DNA of 64,000 nucleotides from an uncultured delta proteobacterium (GCA_963817385.1 CAWFOM010000010.1:32001-96000), one strand, 5' to 3'. Counted from the stretch's first letter, positions 39,697 through 49,982 are shown. A program made the numbers and translations. The notes: generated from the letters alone by a model not told the origin.

Positions 39697-41770
39697 GGTG
39701 GTGTCGAAAATCCACGCGGTAAACATCGACATCCAGGCGGTCAGACGCCGCTATTTTGTCGAGGGCGAACTGCGGCCGGAGGAACTCCTCAGGATTCTTA
39801 GGGACCACGGCATGCGCTCGCGCCGGAAAACGCTCAAGACATTGGATGAGCTTTTCAAGTACCCCGCGCCATCAATTATTACGGACAAAGAAGGCAACTA
39901 CCATGTACTGGTCGGCAGGAAGGATGAGAAGATATTTATCTTCAACTGTGCCGAAAAGAAGATGACCGAGATGACGGCGGAGGACTTCCAAGTCTTCTGG
40001 AGCGGTCAGACCGTTGCCGTCTATCCCCGCTTCACGAAGACGGAATTCTTCTTGAACATCCGCTGGCTCTTCAAGGAGTTCTTCAAACACCGTCCAGTTT
40101 TTTCGGCGGTCATCCTGTCGTCCTTCTTCATCCAGCTCTTCGGCTTGGTGACGCCCCTGTTCATCCAGGTCATCATCGACAAGGTCCTGGCCCATCACGC
40201 CCTGACGACGCTGGCGGTTGTCGCCGGGGCGTTCATGGTCGTGCTCCTGTTCGACACGGTCCTGAACCTCATGCGCAACTACCTCCTTTACCACACGGCG
40301 AACAAGATCGACGCCAGCCTGGGGGCGAAGGTCTACCGGCACCTGCTCTCCCTGCCATTTCGCTACTTCGAGACCCGCAAGGTGGGGAACATCATCGCCC
40401 GGGTCCGGGAGCTTGAGAATCTCCGGCAATTCATGACCAACATCTCCCTGACGGTCCTCCTCGACACGATCTTCTCTCTGATCTTTGTCGTCATCATGGC
40501 CGTCTACAGCGTCTCCCTGACGCTCATCGTCCTCATGTTCGTCACGGTGATCGCCCTGATCTCTTTTATTGCCACACCCATGATCAAGGTCAGGCTCAAT
40601 GAGAAGTTTCAGAAAGGCGCCGCCGCCCAGTCCTTTCTTGTCGAGTCGATCACGGGGGTGCAGACTGTCAAGTCCCTGGCCATCGAGGGCAAGATGATCA
40701 AGGACTGGGAGAACAACCTCGGCGACTACATCCTCTCGGCCTTTAAGCTCTCCAATGTGGGGAACGTGGCAGTTTCGTCATCGCAGATGTTCCAGAAGAT
40801 GATGACCTTGGCCGTCATCTACTTCGGCGTGAGCCTGGTCTTTGACGGCCGGTTGAGCGTGGGCCAGCTCATCGCCTTCCAGATGTTTGCCTCCCAGTTG
40901 AGCGGCCCCATCCTGCGGCTGGTCCACATGTGGCAGGATTTCCAGCAGGCGAAGCTCTCCCTGGATCGGATCGGGGATATCATCAATACCCCGCCGGAAG
41001 TCGTTGGCGGTGCCATTACGGTGGAGCGGCTGAAGGGTGAGATCATGGCCAATGATCTCTCCTTCCGGTACTCCCCTGAAGCGCCCCTGGTTCTCGACCA
41101 TGTCGGCTTTGCCATCCAGCCCGGCATGATGGTGGGCATTGTGGGGCGAAGCGGCTCCGGGAAGAGCACAATCGCCAAGCTGATTCAGCGTCTCTACCTG
41201 CCCGTGGAGGGGTCGATCCTGATCGACGGCGTCGATATCCGCCATCTGGATCCTCTTTTTCTCCGGTACCGGACGGGCATCGTCTTGCAGGAATGCTTCC
41301 TATTCAGCGGGACGATCCGGGAAAACATTGCCATGGCGGCTCCCGATGCCAACATGGAACGAATCATGGGCGTAGCCCGTATCGCCGGTGCCCACGACTT
41401 CATCTCCGAGATGCCCCTGGGATACGATACCCATGTGGAGGAACGGGGTTCGTCGCTTTCGGGCGGCCAGAAACAGCGGATCGCCATCGCACGGGCCCTC
41501 ATCACCAATCCCAACATCCTGATTTTCGACGAGGCCACGAGCGCCCTGGACTATGAATCGGAGCGGGTGATTCAACAGAACCTGAATCTGATCCGAAAGG
41601 GGAGGACGGTGATCTTCATCGCCCACCGCCTTTCCGTCATGCGGGACTGCGACTTGGTGATCGTCCTGGACAAGGGGAAGGTCGTCGAACAGGGGACCCA
41701 CCAATCCTTGATGAAAGATGATGGCCTTTATGCCTATCTCTACAAGCAGCAGGAGGCTAACCGCCTGTGA
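39671..41770 (+). CDS. HlyB-type T1SS ABC transporter with C39-like N-terminal domain
   Basis: QVIIDKV, GRSGSGKST, LSGGQKQR, FDEATSALD; N-terminal C39-like domain lacks the catalytic Cys (METGL). Confidence 0.93.
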   Translation: METGLISIEVVSKIHAVNIDIQAVRRRYFVEGELRPEELLRILRDHGMRSRRKTLKTLDELFKYPAPSIITDKEGNYHVLVGRKDEKIFIFNCAEKKMTEMTAEDFQVFWSGQTVAVYPRFTKTEFFLNIRWLFKEFFKHRPVFSAVILSSFFIQLFGLVTPLFIQVIIDKVLAHHALTTLAVVAGAFMVVLLFDTVLNLMRNYLLYHTANKIDASLGAKVYRHLLSLPFRYFETRKVGNIIARVRELENLRQFMTNISLTVLLDTIFSLIFVVIMAVYSVSLTLIVLMFVTVIALISFIATPMIKVRLNEKFQKGAAAQSFLVESITGVQTVKSLAIEGKMIKDWENNLGDYILSAFKLSNVGNVAVSSSQMFQKMMTLAVIYFGVSLVFDGRLSVGQLIAFQMFASQLSGPILRLVHMWQDFQQAKLSLDRIGDIINTPPEVVGGAITVERLKGEIMANDLSFRYSPEAPLVLDHVGFAIQPGMMVGIVGRSGSGKSTIAKLIQRLYLPVEGSILIDGVDIRHLDPLFLRYRTGIVLQECFLFSGTIRENIAMAAPDANMERIMGVARIAGAHDFISEMPLGYDTHVEERGSSLSGGQKQRIAIARALITNPNILIFDEATSALDYESERVIQQNLNLIRKGRTVIFIAHRLSVMRDCDLVIVLDKGKVVEQGTHQSLMKDDGLYAYLYKQQEANRL

Positions 41771-43125
41771 AACTTAGCCCCGATTATCATGATTTCAAAC
41801 CGATTCTCACGGAGATCGAGGAGCGCCCGCCCAACCCCCTGGGTACGCTTTTCCTCTGGACGATCATCTCCCTCATGCTGGTCGCCTTGCTTGGTCTCTT
41901 CCTGGTGAAGGTCGATGTCGTCGTTACGGCCCGGGGGAAGATCATTCCCCTGGATGACGTCAAGGTGGTGCAGCCCCTGGAGACAGGTGTGGTGACGAAT
42001 ATCCATGTCCGGGAGGGCGATTATGTGAAAAAGGGTGCCATTCTCTTGGAGATCGATCCGTCCATCGACAAGGCAGACCTGGAGGGGAAGGAGAGGAATC
42101 TCCAGAATTCACGCGTCTCCATGGAGCGCGTCAATGCGGTGCTTGGGACAGGAGAGTTCTCTCCATCCGGGAGAAGTGTTCCGCAGGACGTCATGAAGAC
42201 CCAGACCGCCCATTTTCACGCCCAGAAAAACCTATACGATTCGACCCTCAAGGAGAAGGAGAAGGAGTACAAGGAGGCCCAAAGCGCTCTGAATTCTTTC
42301 ACGGAAGAGATCAGAAGCCTGGGTGGAGTTCTCAGCCATACGCAGGAGGATGAGCGGCGTCAGAAGGCGCTGGCGGAAATCGGCGCCCTGGCGGAGAACC
42401 GCTACCGGGAGAAGATGAAGGAGCGGATGAACCTGGAAAAAGAGTTGGAGGTCAAGATCAGCCAGGCTCAGCAGGCAGAAACGAAACTCGAACGGATAAA
42501 AGATGAGATCGAGACCTTCAAACACAGCTTCCAAGACAAGCTCCTGTCGGAATTTACGACCAATCTGCAGAGCAAAAACAGCCTGGAGGCCGAGGTGGAG
42601 AGCATCAAGTTCAAGCAAGGGAAGAAATTCATTGTCTCACCCGTGGACGGTTATATCCATCTGTTACCCGTGAAGACGATCGGCGGCGTGATCACGACGG
42701 CCCAGCCCGTCGCGACCATCGTGCCGGAGAATGCGCCTCTGGTAGTTAACGCTGTCGTCTTCAACAAGGATATCGGCTTTGTGAAGGAAGGCCAGAAGTG
42801 TGTCATCAAGGTCGACACCTTCGACTTTCAGAAGTACGGCGCCATCGACGGCCTGGTAGAGGTTATCAACCCCTTCAACATGGAAGAGAAGGAGGGCGCC
42901 GGAAAAGAGAAGGAAAAAGAAAGCGAGCCGGGGGCGGCCTCGGGAGGATACCCGGTGCGCCTGAAGATGCTTGCGGACCACCTGAAAACCAAGGATGGGA
43001 ATGTCTACCAGATGAAGCCGGGCATGACCGTCACCGCTGAGATCAACGTTGGCAAAAGACGGGTGATCGAATTTTTCCTGTTCCCGGTCATCCGCTACCT
43101 CGATGAGGGGTTAAAGGTGAGATAA
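41767..43125 (+). CDS. HlyD-family T1SS membrane fusion protein
   Basis: DVVVTARGK, VREGDYV, SPVDG, DIGFV, FQKYG, PGMTVTAEI. Confidence 0.93.
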   Translation: MKLSPDYHDFKPILTEIEERPPNPLGTLFLWTIISLMLVALLGLFLVKVDVVVTARGKIIPLDDVKVVQPLETGVVTNIHVREGDYVKKGAILLEIDPSIDKADLEGKERNLQNSRVSMERVNAVLGTGEFSPSGRSVPQDVMKTQTAHFHAQKNLYDSTLKEKEKEYKEAQSALNSFTEEIRSLGGVLSHTQEDERRQKALAEIGALAENRYREKMKERMNLEKELEVKISQAQQAETKLERIKDEIETFKHSFQDKLLSEFTTNLQSKNSLEAEVESIKFKQGKKFIVSPVDGYIHLLPVKTIGGVITTAQPVATIVPENAPLVVNAVVFNKDIGFVKEGQKCVIKVDTFDFQKYGAIDGLVEVINPFNMEEKEGAGKEKEKESEPGAASGGYPVRLKMLADHLKTKDGNVYQMKPGMTVTAEINVGKRRVIEFFLFPVIRYLDEGLKVR

Positions 43126-43188
43126 AGAATCCGGCGGGAATGTGACCCGGGCGACCCGGACGCTGGGATCGAGATTGCAAGAGATCCG

Positions 43189-43920
43189 TCACGGGTGATC
43201 GAAGAGATAGCCGATGGAGCGGAGGCTCCTGAAATAGACGGGATTCTGCGGGTCATCCTCGAAATATTTTCTCAATCGAACGATGAAGTTGTCTACCGTT
43301 CGGGTGGTAGTCACGCCTGAGTAACCCCATCCCACCTCCAGGAGAAGCTTGCGCGACAAGGGCTTCCCCTTGTTGGCGATAAAGATCCGCAGGAGCCGCA
43401 CCTCCTGCTCGGTGAGCTGGATTGTTCCCTGTCTGCACTCCGCCGTCATCGTCGTAAAGTCGATCGTATTGCCGCCGAAGAGGTATCTCTTCTCCGCTGT
43501 CGCATCTTCCGCTCCTCCGGGCGGGGAGGGCGCATGACTCCAGGAGAGTCTGGTCAGGAGGCGATCGATCCTGAGAAGGAACTCTTCGAGATTGAAGGGC
43601 TTGGCGAGGTAGTCATCGACGCCGTAGGAAAAGCCTTTGATCCTGTCATCGGGCGCGCCTTTTGCGGAAAGGATCAGTACGGGGAGCCGTTCGTCTTCCA
43701 GACGGATATGGCGAAGAACGGACAGGCCGTCGAGGCCGGGTAACATGATATCCAGGACGATCAGGTGCGGATTCCACTCTTTCCACATCCGGAGTCCGTC
43801 GGTTCCGCTCCCGGCGATGGCCGTCTCATAACCTTGCAGAGAAAGGTTCAGCTTAATCCCTTCGGCAATGTGCGCATCATCCTCGATGATGAGGATTCGC
43901 GTTTTCTGCGTCTGTTTCAT
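43189..43920 (-). CDS. OmpR/PhoB-family response regulator
   Basis: IEDD, LDIMLPG, DDYLAKPF, RTVDNFIVRLRK winged helix. Confidence 0.93.
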   Translation of the reverse strand: MKQTQKTRILIIEDDAHIAEGIKLNLSLQGYETAIAGSGTDGLRMWKEWNPHLIVLDIMLPGLDGLSVLRHIRLEDERLPVLILSAKGAPDDRIKGFSYGVDDYLAKPFNLEEFLLRIDRLLTRLSWSHAPSPPGGAEDATAEKRYLFGGNTIDFTTMTAECRQGTIQLTEQEVRLLRIFIANKGKPLSRKLLLEVGWGYSGVTTTRTVDNFIVRLRKYFEDDPQNPVYFRSLRSIGYLFDHP

Positions 43921-44887
43921 CTTCTTTTTCCTCCGGCGTCTTCCAGGGGAGCGTCAGCGTAAAAACGGATCCTTTCCCTAATCCATCGCTGTCGGCGACC
44001 ACTTTCCCGTGATGCAGCCTGGCGATCTGCTGGACGAGATAGAGGCCGATACCGCTTCCCCCGGCGGGGATACGGTCATCGCGGCGGCCCTGAGTGAACT
44101 TCCTGAAGATCTGTTTCCGCTCCGCGGGGAGAATACCGATTCCGTTGTCCTTAAAGCGGATCAGCAGGGAGTTTTCGACCCGCTCGAAGGAGATATCCAC
44201 CCGGGGCCTCCCGGATGTGTTGTATTTCATGGCATTAGTCAGGATGTTGATGAGGAGCATCTCGAAGAGAGAAACGATTACGGGGTACATAATGGGCTGG
44301 TTTGAGGGGTTTTCCACACGGATGTCGCTGTCGCGGAAGAGGTGGCGGTTCTGGGCCATGAACTGCCGGATGGTCTCCACCAGATCGACCCGTGCGGATT
44401 GACCTTCATAAAGCCTGCTCTCGATCCGGGCGAGGTTAAGGATGCTGTTGATGTTGACGGAGAGGCGCTCCGCGTCCTGGAGCATGAACCCGATGTATTT
44501 GAGCTGCTCCGCACGGGGCAGTTCATATTTAGCGAATGTTTCCAGGTAGAGTTTCAGCGATGTTACGGGAGTTTTGAGCTCATGGGTGAAGTTGTTGATG
44601 AAGGTGTGCTGGAGACGGTAGAGCTGCAATGTCTTGAGATTGTAAATGAAGATGATGAGGATTCCCGCCAATATGATTACGACCAGAAGCGACAGGATAA
44701 GGATCACCACCCAGGTTTGCGCCTCAATGAACTGACTCGCATCGAGCCGGTAACGGGCGATGACCGATTTCAGTCTCGCGCTGACCCCGATGTACCAGTA
44801 GATATAGAGGAAAAGCGAAATCGCCAGGGCCGCGGTGGAGAGGGTAAAGACAAAAATCGGATGGATGAACCACTTCGTCTGCTTCAT
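43877..44887 (-). CDS. Sensor histidine kinase (two TMs with a short loop)
   Basis: THELKTP, NAMKY, DNGIGI, GSGIGL. Confidence 0.92.
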   Translation of the reverse strand: MKQTKWFIHPIFVFTLSTAALAISLFLYIYWYIGVSARLKSVIARYRLDASQFIEAQTWVVILILSLLVVIILAGILIIFIYNLKTLQLYRLQHTFINNFTHELKTPVTSLKLYLETFAKYELPRAEQLKYIGFMLQDAERLSVNINSILNLARIESRLYEGQSARVDLVETIRQFMAQNRHLFRDSDIRVENPSNQPIMYPVIVSLFEMLLINILTNAMKYNTSGRPRVDISFERVENSLLIRFKDNGIGILPAERKQIFRKFTQGRRDDRIPAGGSGIGLYLVQQIARLHHGKVVADSDGLGKGSVFTLTLPWKTPEEKEDETDAENANPHHRG

Positions 44888-44996
44888 ACTGCTCCGGATT
44901 GAGTTACCACTGCGCGTCTTCTCAGATATTTCGCCCCTTTGACGGGGTACTGCATCTTTGGGACGGTGCGATCATGCATCGCGGCCGCTGCACAAT

Positions 44997-45014
44997 TGTA
45001 AAAGTAATGTAAAA
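44997..45014. promoter_or_regulatory. Candidate OmpR-family tandem binding site
   Basis: TGTAAAA-gtaa-TGTAAAA (11-bp period) in the divergent intergenic region. Confidence 0.5.
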
Positions 45015-45104
45015 CAGCAAGTTGGGGCTTTATAAATGGCGCAATATCTTTTATTGTGCCTTCCATAATGCCGAAAATAGAAGCGGCACATTAAGGAGAA
45101 TAGC

Positions 45105-46883
45105 ATGATTGATACGATTCAGCCAGTACATCCCACCGGAAGCCGGGCCCGCGTCCTGCTCGCCAGCGTCTTCGGACCGTACGGCAGGGATGACGAGTAC
45201 GGAAGCCGCCGGCTCAACCCGATGGAGCTCTACCAGAATCAGGTTACGCGTGTCCAGGGGGGCTTTTCGCTGAGGATGTTCCACCGCTCCTTCGGGTTGA
45301 TGATGATTCAGACCAATCTCGAAGCCCCCTGCACGCTCCTGGATTTTCCGACACTGGAGGGATTCACGGAAGAGATCAGCCGGAATAGCTATGATGTGAT
45401 CGGGATCAGCGCCATCATCCCGAATATCGGCAAGGTCAGGAAAATGTGCGAGCTGATTCGGCGGTATCAGCCGGCCGCCGAGATCGTCGTCGGCGGACAC
45501 ATCAGCAATAAGGAGGGTCTCGACCGGATCATCGACGCGGATCATATCGTCCGCGGCGAGGGTATCCGCTGGTTTCAGCGGTATTTGGCCCAGGATGACC
45601 GGGCGCCGATCAAGCACCCCCTGGCCGTCTCGGGATTTGGCGGGAGGATGATGGGTATCGGACTCGGCAACAGGCCCGGAGGTACGGCGGCGATCCTGAT
45701 TCCGTCGGTAGGTTGTCCCATGGGGTGTAACTTCTGCTCCACGTCCGCCCTGTTCGGCGGCAAAGGCAAGTTCGTCAATTTCTTCGAAACGGGGGATGAA
45801 CTCTTTGCCGCCATGTGTGAAATGGAGGAAAAGCTCAAGGTGCGCTCCTTCTTCACCCTGGATGAAAACTTTCTCCACCACAAGAAGAGGGCGCTCAGGC
45901 TTCTTGAGCTGATGGAGGCCAACAACAAAAGCTGGGCCCTGTACGTCTTCAGTTCCGCGCGGGTCCTGCAATCCTATACCATCGATCAATTGGTGCGACT
46001 GGGGATCGGTTGGGTATGGATGGGGTTGGAAGGCCAGGAGAGCGCCTACGACAAGCTCCGGGGAGTAGACACCCGAGCCCTGGTAGAGCTTATGCAGTCT
46101 CACGGCATCCGCGTCCTGGGTTCCTCCATCATCGGCCTCGAAGGGCACCGGCCGGAGAACATGGATGCCGTCATCGATTATGCCGTGAGCCATCAGAGTG
46201 TTTTTCATCAATTCATGCTTTATACCCCCATACCGGGAACTCCGCTGTATGAAAAGCACCGCCGGGAGGGCTCGCTCATTCCGGAAGCGGAATTCCCCTC
46301 CGCCGATGCCCATGGGCAGTACCGCTTCAATTACCGCCACCCGCATATCGATAAGGGAAAGGAAGAAGAATATCTGCTGGATGCCTTCCGGCGCGACTTT
46401 GCGGTGAACGGCCCGAGCCTGCTGAGAATGATCCGCGTCCTCCTGAATGGTTGGCTGACCTACCGGAAAGACCCCCGGAAGCGCGTCCGGAAGCGCTTTG
46501 CCTGGGAGGTTTCCCCTTTGCGTTCGACATATGCCGGAGCCGTCTGGGCGATGAAGAAATGGTATCGGAACGATCTACAAATGAGGGAAAAGGCGGAGAA
46601 TCTGCTTACCGATATCTACACTGCCTTCGGGTGGAAAACCCGGCTGATCACGCCGCTTATCGGTCGGTACGCCCTGTCCGCCCTGAAGAGGGAGGAGCAG
46701 CGGCTGGCCGCAGGCTGGACCTATGAACCCCGCTCCTTCTGCGAGAAGAACGCCGCGGCCCTGGCGCTCGGAGACGCCCCCGTCGCAGGCGTGGAAGCGG
46801 AAGCGGAGAAGAGGATCCCGGTGATGGGTGACGTACCGATAGCGAGCTTCGTCAAGGAGGCGATGAACGGTGTGTCGCGCTGA
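45105..46883 (+). CDS. B12-binding-domain radical SAM protein
   Basis: VVGGH, GEG, GCPMGCNFC, DENF, TPIPGTPLY; AAGGAG RBS. Confidence 0.85.
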   Translation: MIDTIQPVHPTGSRARVLLASVFGPYGRDDEYGSRRLNPMELYQNQVTRVQGGFSLRMFHRSFGLMMIQTNLEAPCTLLDFPTLEGFTEEISRNSYDVIGISAIIPNIGKVRKMCELIRRYQPAAEIVVGGHISNKEGLDRIIDADHIVRGEGIRWFQRYLAQDDRAPIKHPLAVSGFGGRMMGIGLGNRPGGTAAILIPSVGCPMGCNFCSTSALFGGKGKFVNFFETGDELFAAMCEMEEKLKVRSFFTLDENFLHHKKRALRLLELMEANNKSWALYVFSSARVLQSYTIDQLVRLGIGWVWMGLEGQESAYDKLRGVDTRALVELMQSHGIRVLGSSIIGLEGHRPENMDAVIDYAVSHQSVFHQFMLYTPIPGTPLYEKHRREGSLIPEAEFPSADAHGQYRFNYRHPHIDKGKEEEYLLDAFRRDFAVNGPSLLRMIRVLLNGWLTYRKDPRKRVRKRFAWEVSPLRSTYAGAVWAMKKWYRNDLQMREKAENLLTDIYTAFGWKTRLITPLIGRYALSALKREEQRLAAGWTYEPRSFCEKNAAALALGDAPVAGVEAEAEKRIPVMGDVPIASFVKEAMNGVSR

Positions 46884-46892
46884 TCTCTTGAC

Positions 46893-46921
46893 GGGAGAGG
46901 CGTCCCAGGAACGCCTCTCCC
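46893..46921. terminator. GC-rich hairpin between convergent genes
   Basis: GGGAGAGGCGT-cccagga-ACGCCTCTCCC, 11-bp stem; no clear U-tract. Confidence 0.5.
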
Positions 46922-46968
46922 ATGGGTGAGAGCGGATATTGGTGATAGTTTATTGGCTCACCCGGCTC

Positions 46969-47796
46969 TTATTTCAGATAGCCCGGCAGGTCTTTCAATT
47001 CCTTCCCCTGGAAGCTGCAGGGGGCAGGGCAGGTTTTGCAGGGGCTCTTGGCGGCCGGTAACGGGGGCTCTCCCTTGATTCCTTCGATCAGATCAAGACA
47101 ACTGTTGACATCTTCATCCTCGCCTTCGACGAGCAGGGTGACCGATCCCTCCGCGCCTCCCCAGCCGCCGGAGGCGTAATGGATGGCCTTCAGTCCGAAG
47201 AGGCTGTCGATGGCCTCGATCTCCGTTACGACACGGCCATCCGCGACGCAGGCCATCCCGACGCGGCAACCGATGGAGCGCCCCAGCATCATCTTCCCGC
47301 CATAGCGGGCGGCCTCTTCCACGGAGGGGATAAGCTTCTCGAGACCGACGGGATAGATCGTCGCGACGCCCTGCGCCTTCAGTCCCATATAGAACTGACC
47401 CATCGTCCCGCCGCCCGGCCCCGCCATGAGGACGCCGACATTCCCGAATGGATCTACGGCGTTGGCCCCCTTGATCAGGATATCGCCGGGGACCAGCTTG
47501 TCGATGACCGAGCCGGGTTCCACCGCCTGGAGTTCGCCCTGGTGAAAGGCCACCGGCTTGCTTCTCAGATCCGGGCCGAGGACGCAAAGCACCCCTTTGA
47601 TTATCTGGCCGGCGATATATTTCTCCTTATCAATTTTGCTGTTCGTGAGCTCTTCGATGATGAAGGCATTGGTCGAGCCGCGCCCCATGACAAGGTACCC
47701 GTGATCCTTTGCATGCTGCACTTCGGGCAATGCCGCAACCGCCTTGCCGAGCAGCCTTTTCGATTCCGATGATGTTAACGTAAACAGAGCCTGCAT
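46969..47796 (-). CDS. Hypothetical protein with C-terminal Cys cluster
   Basis: AAGGAGG RBS; protein-like sequence (ESKRLLGKAV, KGANAVD, PVGLEKLIP, GGAEGS); CKTCPAPC. Confidence 0.75.
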   Translation of the reverse strand: MQALFTLTSSESKRLLGKAVAALPEVQHAKDHGYLVMGRGSTNAFIIEELTNSKIDKEKYIAGQIIKGVLCVLGPDLRSKPVAFHQGELQAVEPGSVIDKLVPGDILIKGANAVDPFGNVGVLMAGPGGGTMGQFYMGLKAQGVATIYPVGLEKLIPSVEEAARYGGKMMLGRSIGCRVGMACVADGRVVTEIEAIDSLFGLKAIHYASGGWGGAEGSVTLLVEGEDEDVNSCLDLIEGIKGEPPLPAAKSPCKTCPAPCSFQGKELKDLPGYLK

Positions 47797-47932
47797 GATT
47801 TTCCAACCTCCTTGTTTTGCGGGTTTACGGTGATATTATTTCTTGCCTTGATTCCCGTATCCTATTCACCTAAGGGCGAACGCAGTCGCCCGTTTTACGC
47901 GCAGTTGCATTGACTCATTGTGCGCCCGTCCA

Positions 47933-48409
47933 TCAGGCTTCCTGCGCGGCATACGAGAGTATCCTGCCGCGGTCGACGACTTTGACGTTGATTGTCTTCT
48001 TCTGCCCCTCCTCATCGAGGAAGATGACCTTGCCGATGCCGGCATTGAATATCAACCGCCAGCACATAAAGCAGGGCATCCCGTTTCGCGGCTGTCCCTG
48101 CTGGAAGCCGAAGATGTACAGGGTGGCGTCGTCCATGAGCTCATAATCAGCGCGGATGATCGCATTGGCCTCGGCATGGACGGAATGGCAGATCTCATAG
48201 TTTTTTCCGCTGGGGATATTGAGTCTCTCGCGGACACACTCTCCCTTCTCCAGGCAGCTCCGCACACCCGCGGCGGCGCCGTTGTAACCGGTGCTGATGA
48301 TTGTGTGTTTCTTGACGAGGACGGCTCCAAACTGCGCCCGCAGGCAGGTCGAGCGCAGACAGGCGGTTTCGGCCATCTTCAGAAAGTAATCGTCCCATGA
48401 AAGCCTCAT
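47933..48409 (-). CDS. dCMP deaminase/ComEB-family zinc deaminase
   Basis: WDDYF, RSTCLR, TGYNG, HAEANA, PCFMC. Confidence 0.9.
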   Translation of the reverse strand: MRLSWDDYFLKMAETACLRSTCLRAQFGAVLVKKHTIISTGYNGAAAGVRSCLEKGECVRERLNIPSGKNYEICHSVHAEANAIIRADYELMDDATLYIFGFQQGQPRNGMPCFMCWRLIFNAGIGKVIFLDEEGQKKTINVKVVDRGRILSYAAQEA

Positions 48410-48610
48410 CGATCCCCCCTCCTTATACGAATCAATGGTTCGTGGCGGCCACTATGGCGCAGGAGAATGTATTTGTCAATTCCCAGTAACGCTTCCGGGA
48501 CAAATTTTCTCTGTGGAAATTGAGACACGATTCCGGCCATGCAGGGGGCGCCGGAACATTTATGATAAAAAGGTATTGACTATCCTCCCTCCATATATTA
48601 ATGCATTTTC

Positions 48611-49982
48611 ATGATGCTGCAGGAGAGAAAGATCGGTCTGGAGACAAAAAAGCTCTATATTCACACTTTTGGCTGCCAGATGAATGTTCAGGATTCGGAA
48701 AAGATGGCGGCGTTGCTTTTGAACTCAGGATACGAGACAACAGACGATCCGGAGCGAGCCGACCTGATCATCGTCAACACGTGCAGTATCCGGGAAAAAG
48801 CGGCTCAGAAGATCTACAGCCAGCTCGGTCGATACCGGGCAGTGAAGGAGCTGAACCCAAAACTGATGATCGGCGTCGGAGGGTGCTTGGCCCAGCAGTT
48901 AGGCGAGAGGCTTTTCCGGCGGGTCCCGTATCTCGATCTGGTTTTCGGCACGCACCAGATCCACCGGCTTCCCGAGCTGATTTATGCCTTGGAGCAGGAG
49001 CGGAGCCGGAAGGTGGAGACGGACTTTTGCGAACGGGTCCGATCACTCGACATTATGGCGCGGCCGGCTGCAGGTGCAGTCGGTACATTTGTGACGATCA
49101 TGCAGGGATGCAACAACTCCTGCACCTACTGTGTCGTGCCGGGACTTCGAGGACGCGAAGAGAGCCGCCTCCTGCCCGAGATCATCCGGGAGATAGAGAC
49201 GCTGGCGGGACAGGGCATCCGGGAAGTTACGCTCTTGGGGCAGAACGTCAATTCCTATGGACGGACGCAAGGCGATGGTTATGATTTTGCCGATCTGATC
49301 CGAGCCATCGATGAGGTTAACGGTATCGAGAGGATCAGGTTTACCACTTCCCATCCGAAGGATCTCTCACCGAGACTGATCGCATGCTTCGGAACCGTGG
49401 GTTCTCTGTGCGAACATATCCACCTCCCGGTGCAATCGGGATCGGACCGTGTGCTTGGACGCATGAACCGGGGGTACACGGCCGAGGGGTATCGGGAGAA
49501 GATCGCCTCGCTCCGCGAGGCATGCCCGGAGATCAGCATTACCTCGGATGTCATCGTGGGATTTCCCGGGGAAGAGGAACGGGATTTTCAAGAAACCCTG
49601 GAGATGATGCAGGAAGTCCGATTTGACAATCTCTTCTCGTTCCAGTATTCACCAAGAGAAGGGACTGCGGCCGCAGGAATGGATCATGCGGTGTGACGGA
49701 AGCGTGAAATGGGAGAGGCTTCGAATCCTTCAGGCTCTCCAGGCGGATCATACCCTTGAAAAGAACAAAGCCCGGTTAGGGAGGACGGAGGCGGTGCTGG
49801 TCGAAGGCTTGAGTAAAAATGCGTGCACGGAGATGACCGGCCGGACGAGGGGCAACCGGATCGTCAACTTCGTGGGGAAACCCGAATTAATCAGGGAGAC
49901 GGTAGCCGTGAGGATTACGGGGGCCTTCCTCCATTCCCTGCGGGGTGAGCGGGACGAGACAGGAGGTGCGGATGTTCATTGA
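48611..49982 (+). CDS. miaB: tRNA-i6A37 methylthiotransferase MiaB; apparent +1 insertion at ~49694 separates the TRAM domain
   Basis: TFGCQMN, NTCSIRE, GCNNSCTYC, HLPVQSGS, YSPREGT; the shifted frame continues DGSVKWERL...GRTRGNRIVNF. Confidence 0.9.

Noticed and set aside
43909..44887. Kinase and regulator both begin with MKQT
   Set aside because: Only about 12 nt of similarity; likely chance, with no further duplication
49694..49696. In-frame TGA in miaB as selenocysteine or readthrough
   Set aside because: Readthrough gives non-MiaB sequence and another stop about 20 codons later; the conserved TRAM domain is in a different frame, so this is a frameshift
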